From Akkermansia muciniphila (GTDB lineage: Bacteria > Verrucomicrobiota > Verrucomicrobiia > Limisphaerales > F1-80-MAGS106), in contig CAMBEJ010000004.1 of NCBI GenBank assembly GCA_945865375.1, positions 14,650 to 78,649 on the forward strand: a DNA stretch of 64,000 bases. The letters are read 5' to 3'. Shown one piece after another: positions 52,508 through 63,367 of this stretch. Position 1 is the first letter of the stretch. The number at the start of each line of letters is the position of its first letter. The position numbers were made by a program, and so were the translations under genes. A model generated the notes under the pieces. It did no database searches. It was not told where the DNA came from and saw only the letters and a program-made list of their open reading frames with translations.

Positions 52508-53817
52508 TCAGAACAAAAAGGAGTATCCCGCAGAAATAAGATGCACGTCAAACTCATAGCGCCCTCCAAAAATAGCATTATCCAAGGGCGAAATGGTCCG
52601 CGTCTCGTAGAATATCTTCCCGTAAGAAACTTCAAACCTGTGTTTTCCACAACGATACGAGAAGCCGGTCGTCAGCGCGTGCTGATTCGAATCAGGAATC
52701 ACGGGCGAGAAGGTCCGGTCTGGAACAGGCGTTTCATAGTATTGATAGCCGGCCCGCCAACTCCACCCATCCCCGAGGTCCCAATCCCCCGCCAAGCCGG
52801 CTGTGAATGTGTTTCGCCATTCCTCAGCGACAATCCGGGAGGGGAGCAAAGCATTGTTCACACCGATGTCCAATGGCGGCGCGTCAAACCTGGAAAACTC
52901 AACCCATTCACCGCTCAGCTCTAGGCGGGCCCGATGACCCAACCGAATCCCATAACCGACCCCCACAATATTCGGGAAACCCACTTGGGTCTTGAAGGGG
53001 CTGTGATCCGAAAATCCAAGAGCCCCCGCCTCTGTTGGAAAGTGGCTCACATGGAAATCCCCGCTGTAATCGATGTCCGTCATGGATCGGTAGCTCAGCG
53101 CCAGCCGGTGCCCCTCCGCCAGGTCCCAGGATGCGCCGACAGTCACACCCACCCCGGTCCCATCCCCTTTTAATGCCGCCAACCCCTCAGGCTGCGCCGG
53201 ATTTTGCGTCACCAGCGCCCAGGGGTAAAACTGGCGGAATTGGATCTGTGACCAATACAGATTTGCCGCAACCCCAACCTGCACGCTCTCACTCACCTTG
53301 TAAGCCACGGCAGGCGAAGCGCTCAGGGTGATCAGTTCGGCGAAGTGCGCCGTCGAATAATGCAAACCGCCCTGTGGATTCCACTCGCTCGAAACACCGT
53401 ATGGGGTCGTCAACCCCACGCCAAACGCCCATCGACCCCCGGGTCCCTGGTTCGGAATCGCCGCAAAAACATTGGGGAAAAAATTCCAGGGATGCTGGCT
53501 TCGCTCAACGCCTCCGACCCCTCCAGCAGAAGCATAATCCACGCTCGCATAAATCATAGTCGGCGCAAAATCGACCTCCGATTCCCTCAGATCGACCAAA
53601 TTCGCGGGATTATGGGCGACGGCGCTGGCATCCTCCACGTGCGCAAAACGGCCCCCGGCTCTGCCAAGACCAAACCCTCCCACCGGAGGGTTACGAAAGC
53701 CTTCCCCAACCGCGCTGACGGACAGAACGCAGAGGATCAACCCCGCAGCGCACGCCCAAATAGATTGCAGCGATTGGGCTCTGGAAGGACACGTTCGAAA
53801 AGGAAGTGTGGTTTCAT
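52508..53817 (-). CDS. FadL/OmpP1 long-chain fatty-acid outer-membrane channel; ATG 53817 is out of frame by one base
   Basis: GRAGG...EDASAVAHNPANL, GVGLTTPYG, PVIPDSN, terminal Phe. One extra A after ATGAAA yields a signal peptide MKTTLPF...VSAVG. Confidence 0.88.
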
Positions 53818-53996
53818 GAGTTCAGAATCCATCGTCCGCCACGCCGCACCGCATGGCAAGAAAAAGACTATCCAAGTATCCCAATTTCCATTATTCCATC
53901 AAACCAGCTGCGGGTTTGAACCAGAACAAAACACTCCTGTTCCGCCCTCTTGGAATAACGCCAAGGCTCGACGGCGTGATGGGGCCTTTGTCCGCT

Positions 53997-55434
53997 ATGG
54001 ATAGTAAGCTAACAACAAACCTGGGTGAAAAGGACAATTTCATCGTCTTTCTCAACAGCCAGGGTGTCGAAGCCCGACGAACCCTCCTTCGCCTCACGCG
54101 CTACCTTGCAGTCTTCGAAGTCTACAATCCCTACAGCATTTTGCAGATGTCGGAGGTGCTCGGAGAGTTCCGAATCATCGTCAACGACCGGATGATCTAT
54201 TCCGGCAGGGGCATCGTCAGCAACTTGGTCAACACCGGCATCCTGCTGGTTTGCGAGGCCACTCTCGACGAATCCTGGCTCGATGTGAATCTCTTCTCGC
54301 CGGTAAACAAAACAGGGAAGCTTCGGGAGACATTTGGCGATTTTTTCACGGAATGGAAAAAAAAATCTCACCGTCCACGCGGATTATAAAGTGGTGGTGT
54401 CGGACGTGCATAATTTTTTCGTCGACCTGCGTCGGTGGCTCGATCAAGTCGAGATGGGCATCCGGTCAGCCGCCCAGGGAAACCGGCTTGAGATGGAGAA
54501 GGAAATCATTGCGCAGCTTCGCACTTCCATCCTGCCGGCCCTCGATGAGCGGTTCGGAGAATTCGACCTGGTTTCGCGGACGATCGACAAAGATCTGGAA
54601 CCCCTGCATCGAAACTATGTCAAGCGGCAGCTCCATCCACACGTCCTCTGCTCCCCGTTCGCCTACAGGACTTTTCGGAAGCCACTGGGTTACGCCGGCG
54701 ATTACGAGATGGTGAATATGATCCTGCGCGATCCGCACGAGGGAAGCACGCTTTTCGCCAAGGTGCTGAACGTTTGGCTGCTCGATCAACCCAGCGCCAG
54801 GGCGCACCGAAACCGCGCGATATTTCTTCAAAACGCTCTCACCATGGAAACAGAACGCTCCGCCAGCCTCGGGAGGAAGGCCCGGATACTCAACCTGGGG
54901 TGCGGGCCCGCCATGCAGACACAGCGATTTATCGAACACTCCGGGAGTTCCGACCACGCCCATATCAAGCTCCTCGATTTTAATGACGAAACCCTCCTGC
55001 ACACCCGCACAACTCTCGAAACCCTCCGATCCCGCTATCAACGATCCATCGTGATCGAAACGGAGCAGAAATTCGTCCACCAGATCTTGAAGGACTCGGG
55101 GCGCCCCGTGAGGCCGCCGCGCGAAGAGCATTACGACCTGATTTATTGCGCCGGACTGTTTGACTACCTAAGCGATCGAATCTGCAAGCGTCTCATGAAC
55201 TATTTCTACGAGTTCCTGGCGCCTGCCGGTCTCCTTCTGGCCACGAATGTGGACTCCTCCAACCCCAATCGCCATTGCATGGCCTATATCCTGGAATGGC
55301 ATTTGTTCTATCGAAGCCTTAAAGAATTCGCCTCGTTCAAGCCCGACGCCGCACCGGACTCGAGCATCTCTGTCGAGGCCGATGATACGAACGTGAACAT
55401 TTTTATCAAAGTCCGGAAACCGGATGTGGCCTGA
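53997..55434 (+). CDS. PhcB-like class I SAM methyltransferase; one extra base in the A9 run at 54357-54365
   Basis: KPLGYAGDYEMVNMI, ARAHRNR, ILNLGCGPA, DLIYCAGLFDYL; A8 joins the two ORFs into 478 aa. Confidence 0.8.
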
Positions 55435-58044
55435 AAAATCAACAAGGCTCAAGGAGCCGGAGTTCCGGGAGGCGTTCGAGAAAAACGAGCGTCGGGTACG
55501 GATTCGCACGGACAAACTTGCGTGTCTGCTCACCGTGGTTCTCATGCCGCTGGGGATTGCCCTGGACAGGGTCGTTTATCCCGAGGATGTCGGGTTCTTT
55601 TTGAAGCTGCGGTTGATCTGCTCCTTGATGGTGGGCGTGGTTTGGGGGCTGCATCACACGTCCTGGGGTGGGCGCCATTACCCATGGATTGGCCTTCCAA
55701 TGGTCTTCTTTCCATCTTTTTTATCGCTGTCATGATCGCCTGCACCGCTGACCCCGCAGGATCCCCTTACTACGCCGGGCTGAGTCTCATCCTGCTGGCT
55801 GTCAGCGCGGTAGGCCACTGGACCCTCGCTGAATCCGTCATCTCGTTCGTTGGGATCATGGAGTTCTACTCCCTCGCCTGCCTCATGCAAACCACCTCAG
55901 TGAGCAACCCCATGTTCCTGAGCAACCTTTATTTTTTGAGCCTCACAGGGATTATTGTCATCACCGGAAACTACCTCTACAACCGGCTCCTATTCAGCGA
56001 ATTCGAGCTCCGTTTCGAACTCGCCGAGAACAGGAGGCTCTTGGAGGATAACAACCGTAAACTTGTGGAACTGGACAAAATAAAGAGCCGCTTCTTTGCG
56101 AACATCAGCCATGAGCTTCGAACTCCTCTGACCCTGGTTCTTGGACCGCTTGAAGCCTTGCGGCGACACGGCTCAACGTTGCCTGCACACAGTGTCACAA
56201 CGCATCTCGACACCATGTGGACCCACGGCCTCGGATTGCTCAAACTCATCAACGAGTTGCTCGACCTAGTCCGGCTGGAATCCGGAAAAATGGAGCTCCA
56301 CTTAGAGCCTGCGGACGTCGTACAGTTCGTCAAGGGCTTGGTGAACTCTTTGCAAACCGCAGCCCGTGAAAAAAGGATCACCCTCGAATGCGTCACCAAC
56401 GAGGGTGCCGGATGCCTCCTCATGGACCTGAACAAATGGGAACGGATCCTCCTCAACCTCCTCTTTAATGCCCTCAAATTCACAGCCTCGGGCGGCCATG
56501 TTTCCATCTCGGTGGCAAAAGTGGCAAGCCGATGCTTCATCGAGGTGAGCGACAGCGGGATCGGTATCAGCAAAGATCATCTCCCGTTTGTCTTCGACCG
56601 ATTCTGGCAGGCGGACACCTCAGCAAGCAGGAAATTCCAAGGCACAGGGCTCGGGCTCGCCATGGTCCGGGAATTGGTCGAGGTCCAGGGAGGCTCCGTG
56701 ACCGTCAAGAGCGCTCTTGGTCAGGGAACCGTTTTCACCGTTTCCATGCCCTGGGAAAGCGCCGACGCGTCGCCGTCCCCCGCAGTGCGACTCACTGAAA
56801 CCGGCCTCTCGCCAGAACGTTTCAACTCCCTGGCAAGCCGGGCTCAAGTCACTCCGGGTTTCGGCGCCTCCATGCTGGAGGTGGAGACGGGAATCAATCC
56901 ACTCAAACCATCCGTGCTGATCGCGGATGACGAACCGGACATGTTGCAGTTCCTCCGATCCATGCTGAGCCACCGGTTCCAGATCATTGAGGCTGTCGAC
57001 GGCCAGCAAGCTCTCGAGAAGGCGGCCCAATTTCTTCCGGACGTCGTGATCCTAGACATGATGATGCCTGAAAAGGATGGCCTGCAAGTCTGCCGGGAGC
57101 TCCGGGCACGAACGCCCACACAAACGATCCCGGTCCTGCTCGTCACCGCGAGAGCCGATGATGAAACCAAACTGGCCGCCCTGAGCGCGGGCGCGAATGA
57201 CTTTATCTCGAAGCCCTTTTCAACCACGGAACTGCTCGTCCGTGCAAGCAACCTCGCCCAGTCTCATCAGCTCCAGAAAATGCTCACCGCTCAGAACCGC
57301 AAGCTGGAAGCGACCCTGGATCAACTCAAGGAAACTCAAACGCAGCTCGTGCAGAGGGAAAAACTCGCATCCCTCGGCCGGATGAGCGCGGGCATCATCC
57401 ACGAGATCAACAACCCTTTGAATTATGCCACCACGGGAGTCTTCAACCTCCGCACGTTTTCTTCGAAGCTCCCCCAAGCAGAGTCAGACGACTTCGACGA
57501 CACGCTGAGGGATGTCACCGATGGACTCGAGCGAATAAAACAGATCATCTCGGACTTGGGAACATTCACCCACCCTGACAACCTTCGGCGCAGCCCCCAG
57601 AAAGTACGCGCTCTTGTGGAAGCGTCCTTGCGCCTTTTGTCTAGCGAATGGAAGGAGAATATCCTCATCCACACGGACGTCGATGAGCCCATCGAGATTG
57701 ATATCAACGGCAACCAGATCACTCAGGTCCTCATGAACCTCATCCAAAACTCCTTCGATGCGCTCAGAAGCCAAAACACGACTGATGCAGCCGTGACCAT
57801 CACGGCTCGCGACCTCCCTGACCGAGTGCTGCTCTCGGTTCGGGACAACGGCCCGGGCATCCCGCAGGAAAACCTGAACAGGGTGTTCGATCCTTTTTTC
57901 ACGACCAAAGAAGTCGGGGCGGGAATGGGACTCGGACTCAGCATCTCCTTTAGCATCATGCAAGAGCATGGGGGAAGAATCATGGTGGAAAGCCGTCCCG
58001 GGCACTTCACGGATTTCACCTTGGATTTCCCAAAAAAGATATGA
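55424..58044 (+). CDS. PhcS-like membrane hybrid sensor kinase (TM-HK-REC-HK); one base short in the T6 run at 55717-55722
   Basis: Multi-TM sensor with SPYYAGL; ISHELRTPL kinase; receiver LDMMMP; second kinase IIHEINNPL with DNGPG and GMGLGL. Confidence 0.85.
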
Positions 58045-58140
58045 GAATGAGGCCTCGACTAAAGTTTTCCTAAACCATCCGGGCTATGTGCTGATGCCTT
58101 TTTTCCCAGGATGGGCTGGTGTGCGCGGCACGGAAACATT

Positions 58141-59406
58141 ATGTACAATTTCTACGACTACAAACGATATGTAATTCTTTACGTGGACGACGAAGTCCAG
58201 TCGCTGAACCAATTCACCAAAGCCTTCGAGAAAACATTCCGGATCCTGACCGCAGGCAACGTCAAGGATGCCATCGGGTTGCTCGAGGAACACCGAATGG
58301 ATATCGGTATTCTCATTACGGATCAGCGTATGCCTGGTGAACAGGGCGTCCGGTTGCTTGAGCAGGCCCGTCAGCTCCAACCGCGGGTCGTCAGGATTCT
58401 GACCACAGCCTACTCCGACCTGGATGCCGCCATCGAAGCCGTCAATGCGGGTGCCATCTACCGTTACATCCACAAGCCGTGGGATCCGCCGGAGCTTGAG
58501 TCCACCCTGCGCCGAGCGATGGAGTTCTTCATCGTCCAGTTTGAACGCGATCAACTGCTCCGCGAAAAACTGTCCGTTTTGCACAAAATGATGATCACAG
58601 ACCGCGTGATCAGCCTCGGTGTGCTCGCGGCAGGGATCGGACATCACGTCCGCAATTCCCTGGTCGCGGTCAGGACATTCCTCGACCTTGCGCCCTCCAA
58701 ACTGAACGAAGAAAACCTGAATCTCGACGAACTTCGCAACCCGAATTTCTGGATTGATTTCTACCAGCACGTCCTGTCGCAGGTCAACCGGATCACCTCC
58801 CTCCTTCACACCCTCGAAACCGCACCGAGTTTTGCCGGCGGCCCGTTCACCGACCATGTCAAACTGAGGGATGTGCTCTCCGCCGCCGCCGACACTGTCT
58901 CGCTGAGGCTTGCCGAAAAGGAGATCGTCCTCATCGGAAATATCCCGGATGACATTCCGGAACTGACTGTGGACAACAAAAAATTCACCCGTTTGTTTGA
59001 AGCCCTGCTGGAGGATGAAATCACTATTCTCCCTCAGGGAGCAAGGATCGAAATCACAGCTAAAGCCCTGACTCTCCCGGAAAATGAGGAAAAATGGGTT
59101 CAGATCGAAATCCGTGACGACGGCCCTGGGCTGCCAGAAAATTCCATCAGGGCGATTTTCGATCCGTTCTTCATTCGGGCTGACCAGCCGAAGGAGTTCG
59201 GCCTCAATTTGATGACATGCTATTTTATCACCTACCACCACGGCGGTGATATCGCGGTGGAAAACAACCCGGGAACCGGCGTGCTTTTCCGCTTAAAGTT
59301 CCCCGTAAACCCGAAGCCGATGGATCCGTGCGACGAAGAAAAGCACTTCCTCTCAAAAGCGCTCATGAACGAAGTTCTATGGGAGCGCCTTCTCGCAGGG
59401 AGCTAG
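58141..59406 (+). CDS. PhcR-like response regulator (receiver plus degenerate kinase domain)
   Basis: LYVDDE, ITDQRMP, KPW; then GHHVRNSL and DDGPG, but the N-box reads LFEALLEDEI and the G2 box EFGLNL. Confidence 0.82.
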   Translation: MYNFYDYKRYVILYVDDEVQSLNQFTKAFEKTFRILTAGNVKDAIGLLEEHRMDIGILITDQRMPGEQGVRLLEQARQLQPRVVRILTTAYSDLDAAIEAVNAGAIYRYIHKPWDPPELESTLRRAMEFFIVQFERDQLLREKLSVLHKMMITDRVISLGVLAAGIGHHVRNSLVAVRTFLDLAPSKLNEENLNLDELRNPNFWIDFYQHVLSQVNRITSLLHTLETAPSFAGGPFTDHVKLRDVLSAAADTVSLRLAEKEIVLIGNIPDDIPELTVDNKKFTRLFEALLEDEITILPQGARIEITAKALTLPENEEKWVQIEIRDDGPGLPENSIRAIFDPFFIRADQPKEFGLNLMTCYFITYHHGGDIAVENNPGTGVLFRLKFPVNPKPMDPCDEEKHFLSKALMNEVLWERLLAGS

Positions 59407-59590
59407 ACTTGATGTCAACTCATGAAAGCCATGTCCGCCTCTCAAAAACTCTCACTCTCGGAGCAAAAACGCGCCGTCAAGATCGGGTAGGGGTGGCAAT
59501 TCCGCCCTCTTCAGCGCGGGAGAGGAGGTCGTCGCGCGACGGTCTTGCCCCCCGGTTCAACCCGCCCACGGTTCGGAAGGCTCCCCTTGA

Positions 59591-60301
59591 TCAGTCCCGT
59601 TCCCGGCCGCCGCGCGCCAACATCAGGAGTTGCAACAGTTGCAGCACGGAGGCCACCAGGCCCGCCACGTAGGTCATGGCTGCCGCGCTCAACACAGCAC
59701 TCACCCCCGGCGCTTCGCTTTGCTGAATCAAGCCTAGCTTCGAAAGTTGTTCCTTGGCCCTCCGGCTAGCGTCAAATTCCACTGGCAACGTCACGAGTTG
59801 AAAGAGCGTGATGATGGAAAAAATCGCGATCGCAAGGCCAATCGCCATCGGGAAAAACTTCGGGATGATCATCCCTAAAACCAAAATCCCCATCCAAGCC
59901 ATGCTCGCAAACTGAGTGGCTGGAACCATAAACATCCGGAAATGCAGCGGAGCGTAGGCGGCTTTATGCTGCAACGCGTGACCTGCCTCATGCGCTGCCA
60001 CCCCGACAGCAGCCAGGGATGTGCTGTGGTAATTCTCCGAAGACAAACACAATTGCCGCCTCGTCGGGTCGTAATGATCCGTGAGATGACCTTGAACCTC
60101 CGAGACAGGCATGTCGCGGAGCCCTGCCCGGTCCAGAATCTCCCGAGCCGCCTCCGCGCCGGTGATCCGTGATAAAGTCCCCACTTGAGAGTATTTCTTA
60201 TACGTCGAGCTCAGCTTGATCTGCGCGTAAAAGCCCAACAACATCCCCGGAATCGCAAACCACCAATAATCCGCGAACAAGAATCCAAACATAGCTGTCA
60301 T
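59591..60301 (-). CDS. Membrane zinc metallopeptidase (YugP-like)
   Basis: GHLTDHYDP, AAHEAGHALQH, TLPVEFDAS, AAAMTYVA. Confidence 0.92.
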   Translation of the reverse strand: MTAMFGFLFADYWWFAIPGMLLGFYAQIKLSSTYKKYSQVGTLSRITGAEAAREILDRAGLRDMPVSEVQGHLTDHYDPTRRQLCLSSENYHSTSLAAVGVAAHEAGHALQHKAAYAPLHFRMFMVPATQFASMAWMGILVLGMIIPKFFPMAIGLAIAIFSIITLFQLVTLPVEFDASRRAKEQLSKLGLIQQSEAPGVSAVLSAAAMTYVAGLVASVLQLLQLLMLARGGRERD

Positions 60302-60485
60302 AGTAATTCCAATTGTCTCGATTGCTGAAACTGCCACGGGCATCGCATTCTCGCGACGCGCACTCTGACCACCACCATAACACAAATCATCCTGAAGGCA
60401 AAAATCAGCGCGCTCGCGCCCCCAACAGCTCTCAGTTTGGCCGCCACAGTGGGGTAGACCTCCACTGCCAGTCGTGGGGCTCTTC

Positions 60486-60865
60486 CTCTGAACTGAGCAA
60501 AACGACCCTGTTTAGCCTGATCCTCGAGCAACTCCAATTCCCTGCTCCTAATCCTAATCCTAATCCTACTCCTAATCCACCCCTCCGTTTCAAGGGCAAC
60601 ACCAGAGGATTAGATTCTTAAATCCTAAGTCTCGGTGAATTATCTCTCAGATTTTGAACCACAGAGCCACAGAGGCACAGAGAAGAACAGTTAATGAACC
60701 CTAACTTCTTTCCACCCAGTTTTCCCCCTCTGTGCCTCTGTGCCTCTGTGGTTCAAATTTCAAATCTTTTTGGCTAGGATTAGGATTACGATTGCGATTA
60801 CGAAAAATGGAGGAATTGGGGTTGCGCGTCCAGATCACGATTTCAACCGATTTTACTAAGGTCTG
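60486..60865. mobile_element. MITE-like family A, long composite copy
   Basis: Same left and right ends as 48995-49206, with an internal ACCACAGAG / CTCTGTGGT inverted module. Confidence 0.72.
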
Positions 60866-60965
60866 TTCCTGGCCCCGCACGGAGTGGGACACTCCGCCAA
60901 ACGGGAGGTCGGAGACCCTGCCCGACATTTTTAAAACAAGAACTGCCGGCTCCCGCCCTGCTTCC

Positions 60966-62156
60966 CTACGGCATCCAGAGGAAATAGGGCCGCCCTGCCT
61001 TCACCTTGGGAATGTCCAGCCCGAGATCCAGCTTCACTGAAGCGCGGCTTTCGCTTTGCCCAAATAATCTCAACAAACTGGAAAGGCTATACGCCTGCTG
61101 GAATGTGACCAGCGTCGCATCCTCGATCCCGACCATCTCCTTGGCCCGTGCCACCGCGGTGTCGAAATTGCCAAGCTCGTCCACGAAGCCGTTTTCAAAG
61201 GCCTGCTTTCCCGTGATGATCCGGCCATCAGCAAGATTTCTCCAATCGGACGCCAAACCCCTGCCCTTCGCTTTGTTCTTCAAAGAGGCGTTGTTACGCC
61301 CCTCTTGAATCACTTCTTTAAACCGGCCAAACGTCTCGTTGATCATGCCCTGAACCATGCCTTTTTCTTCCGCCGATATTTCATGCTCCAGTTTGTCGCC
61401 GCTCATCATGTCCTTGAATTTGCCGCTCTTATAAACCTCGGGCCTGACCCCGACCTTATCCATCAACCCACGATAGTTGTAACCATGCATGATCACCCCA
61501 ATGCTCCCCGTGATGGTCAATTCATTGGCCACAATCCATTGGCATGGCACCGCGACGTAATACCCCCCTGAAGCCGCCACGCTGCCCATCGTAGCCACCA
61601 CGGGTTTGCCGTGTTGCTTTTGGAACCTCCCCAACAGACGACTGACATCGTCAGAGGCAAGAACCTCGCCGCCTGGGGAGTCGATCTTCAACACCACCGC
61701 ACGCACCGAGGGTTCCTCGGCGCAGCGGTTCAGTTGCTCCTCGATAGTCTCCGCCAGCCCAATGCCTCGATGATCCATCGGATCGCTGCCGATGATGCCT
61801 GAGATTTCCAACACGGCGATCTTGTCCGTGCCCGCGCCTTCCTTAAGAACCACTTCCTCAAGTGCTACATGCCTGGCCGAAGCGCCAGATCCGAGACGGG
61901 TACCCGTCAGGTGAAACCAGGATCCGACCTGGGCGAAAAGCGAAATCCCAAGCAAAGCAAATCCCAACAACGCAACCCCCTTCCAGACACCAGAACCCCC
62001 GCGCGGAGGCAGCAACTCGGGACGGAACGTCCGAGGTGGAGGTGGTGATGGCGGCCCCATAGGTGATGTGGGAAGTCGCGGAGGGATAGGAGGGGCTACC
62101 GGCTCCGAAGCGTGTGGCGTCGGTGGTGTCCTTTGCGGAGGAGGGTCGCTTTCCAT
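60966..62156 (-). CDS. sppA: Signal peptide peptidase (S49)
   Basis: IDSPGGEV, VAASGGYY, TGSIGV, KSGKFKD. Confidence 0.93.
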   Translation of the reverse strand: MESDPPPQRTPPTPHASEPVAPPIPPRLPTSPMGPPSPPPPRTFRPELLPPRGGSGVWKGVALLGFALLGISLFAQVGSWFHLTGTRLGSGASARHVALEEVVLKEGAGTDKIAVLEISGIIGSDPMDHRGIGLAETIEEQLNRCAEEPSVRAVVLKIDSPGGEVLASDDVSRLLGRFQKQHGKPVVATMGSVAASGGYYVAVPCQWIVANELTITGSIGVIMHGYNYRGLMDKVGVRPEVYKSGKFKDMMSGDKLEHEISAEEKGMVQGMINETFGRFKEVIQEGRNNASLKNKAKGRGLASDWRNLADGRIITGKQAFENGFVDELGNFDTAVARAKEMVGIEDATLVTFQQAYSLSSLLRLFGQSESRASVKLDLGLDIPKVKAGRPYFLWMP

Positions 62157-62162
62157 ATTCAA

Positions 62163-62852
62163 TCAAGGATGCTTGAGCAATGTGTAACAGACTACTTGCG
62201 CCAAGTTTGCGGCACCAGCGGCGTTTGGATGCACCCCGTCGGGGAACCAATCCGGACGGTTCGCAAGGGCTGCATGGAGGTCAACCACCGGCACCCCACG
62301 ACTCTTAGCCACCTTCCGGATCAAAGGAATCATCTCGTCTCGGACTGTCGTTTCATTGATCCCCCATCGATCCTGGTACACCGGCGCGGGCAGACAAACC
62401 CACAGCCGGGGCTTCGATGGGATGTTTAAAAAGTGATCCAGCATTTCCCGCAAATCAGACTCGAACTCTGACTTGAAACGCCAGTTCTGGGGTTTCGAAT
62501 CGTTGGTCCCCAATTTGATGATAACCACCTGCGGACCAAATCCCTCAACTTCACGAAATGCGTCCAGCTTCCAATAGGGCAGATCCCCTTTCTTCAAAAG
62601 CGTCGCCCCACTCACCCCAAAATTGCGCGTCTCAAATCTCTTGCCAAGGCACTTCCCTAAAACCACCGGATAACTGTTCGCCTCCCGATTCTCAACACCC
62701 GCCCCAAATGTGATGCTGTCCCCGACACACGCCACGCGGATCGCTCCCGAATAGCTCTCAGGCTGAAGAAACGCCGACTCCGTGTTAGGAACCGACCTAC
62801 ACCCCGAGCCGATGAGACACGCACACACTAAAGCTAAAATCCGAAAATGCAT
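62163..62852 (-). CDS. SGNH/GDSL hydrolase, probable lipoprotein
   Basis: Lipobox-like GSGC, GDSIT, LGTND, DGVHP. Confidence 0.9.
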   Translation of the reverse strand: MHFRILALVCACLIGSGCRSVPNTESAFLQPESYSGAIRVACVGDSITFGAGVENREANSYPVVLGKCLGKRFETRNFGVSGATLLKKGDLPYWKLDAFREVEGFGPQVVIIKLGTNDSKPQNWRFKSEFESDLREMLDHFLNIPSKPRLWVCLPAPVYQDRWGINETTVRDEMIPLIRKVAKSRGVPVVDLHAALANRPDWFPDGVHPNAAGAANLAQVVCYTLLKHP

Positions 62853-63017
62853 AAATGAACTCCTGGATTCCCAGGGATAGTGGGATCAAGTTAGCGGTTC
62901 CTCATTCTCCTGCGCAAGCCGCGAAATGGGAAAACCAGCAGTTCGGGTGCCACTCACGTTATCCGAGGTCGCCTCCCCTGACGCGGGTATCCCGCCGCTT
63001 AACCACGCTGAAGTGAC

Positions 63018-63101
63018 ACCACGGATGACACGGATAACACGGATGAGGAAAGGGAGCTGAGATGATTACTTTATCCGTGCTATCCGTGTTATCCGTGGTT
63101 A
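63018..63101. repeat. REP-like inverted repeat (CACGGAT type)
   Basis: CCACGGATGACACGGATAACACGGAT ... ATCCGTGCTATCCGTGTTATCCGTGG. Confidence 0.7.
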
Positions 63102-63168
63102 ACTCTTCCCATTCTGCGGTAGGTATTGTCCTCCGAACGACACCTCCCGGAAACGGTGAGTTGCACCC

Positions 63169-63312
63169 CAGCAGTTCTCATTTTGGCCCCCAAGATGGGG
63201 GCCGACCTCCATGTCTGCCAGATGGGGGCCTCTGGCCTCGGAAGGAGTGGGACACTCAGCGAACCGGGAGGTGGGAGACCCTACCCCCCATTTTCCAAAA
63301 TGAGAATTGCTG
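63169..63312. mobile_element. 144-bp MITE-like element (family C)
   Basis: CAGCAGTTCTCATTTTGG ... CCAAAATGAGAATTGCTG (1 mismatch in 18); no target duplication seen. Confidence 0.6.
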
Positions 63313-63367
63313 TACTCCATCTTGTCCGGATTGACTTTCTTAAAGTTCCCACTTATCAAACGCCCTC

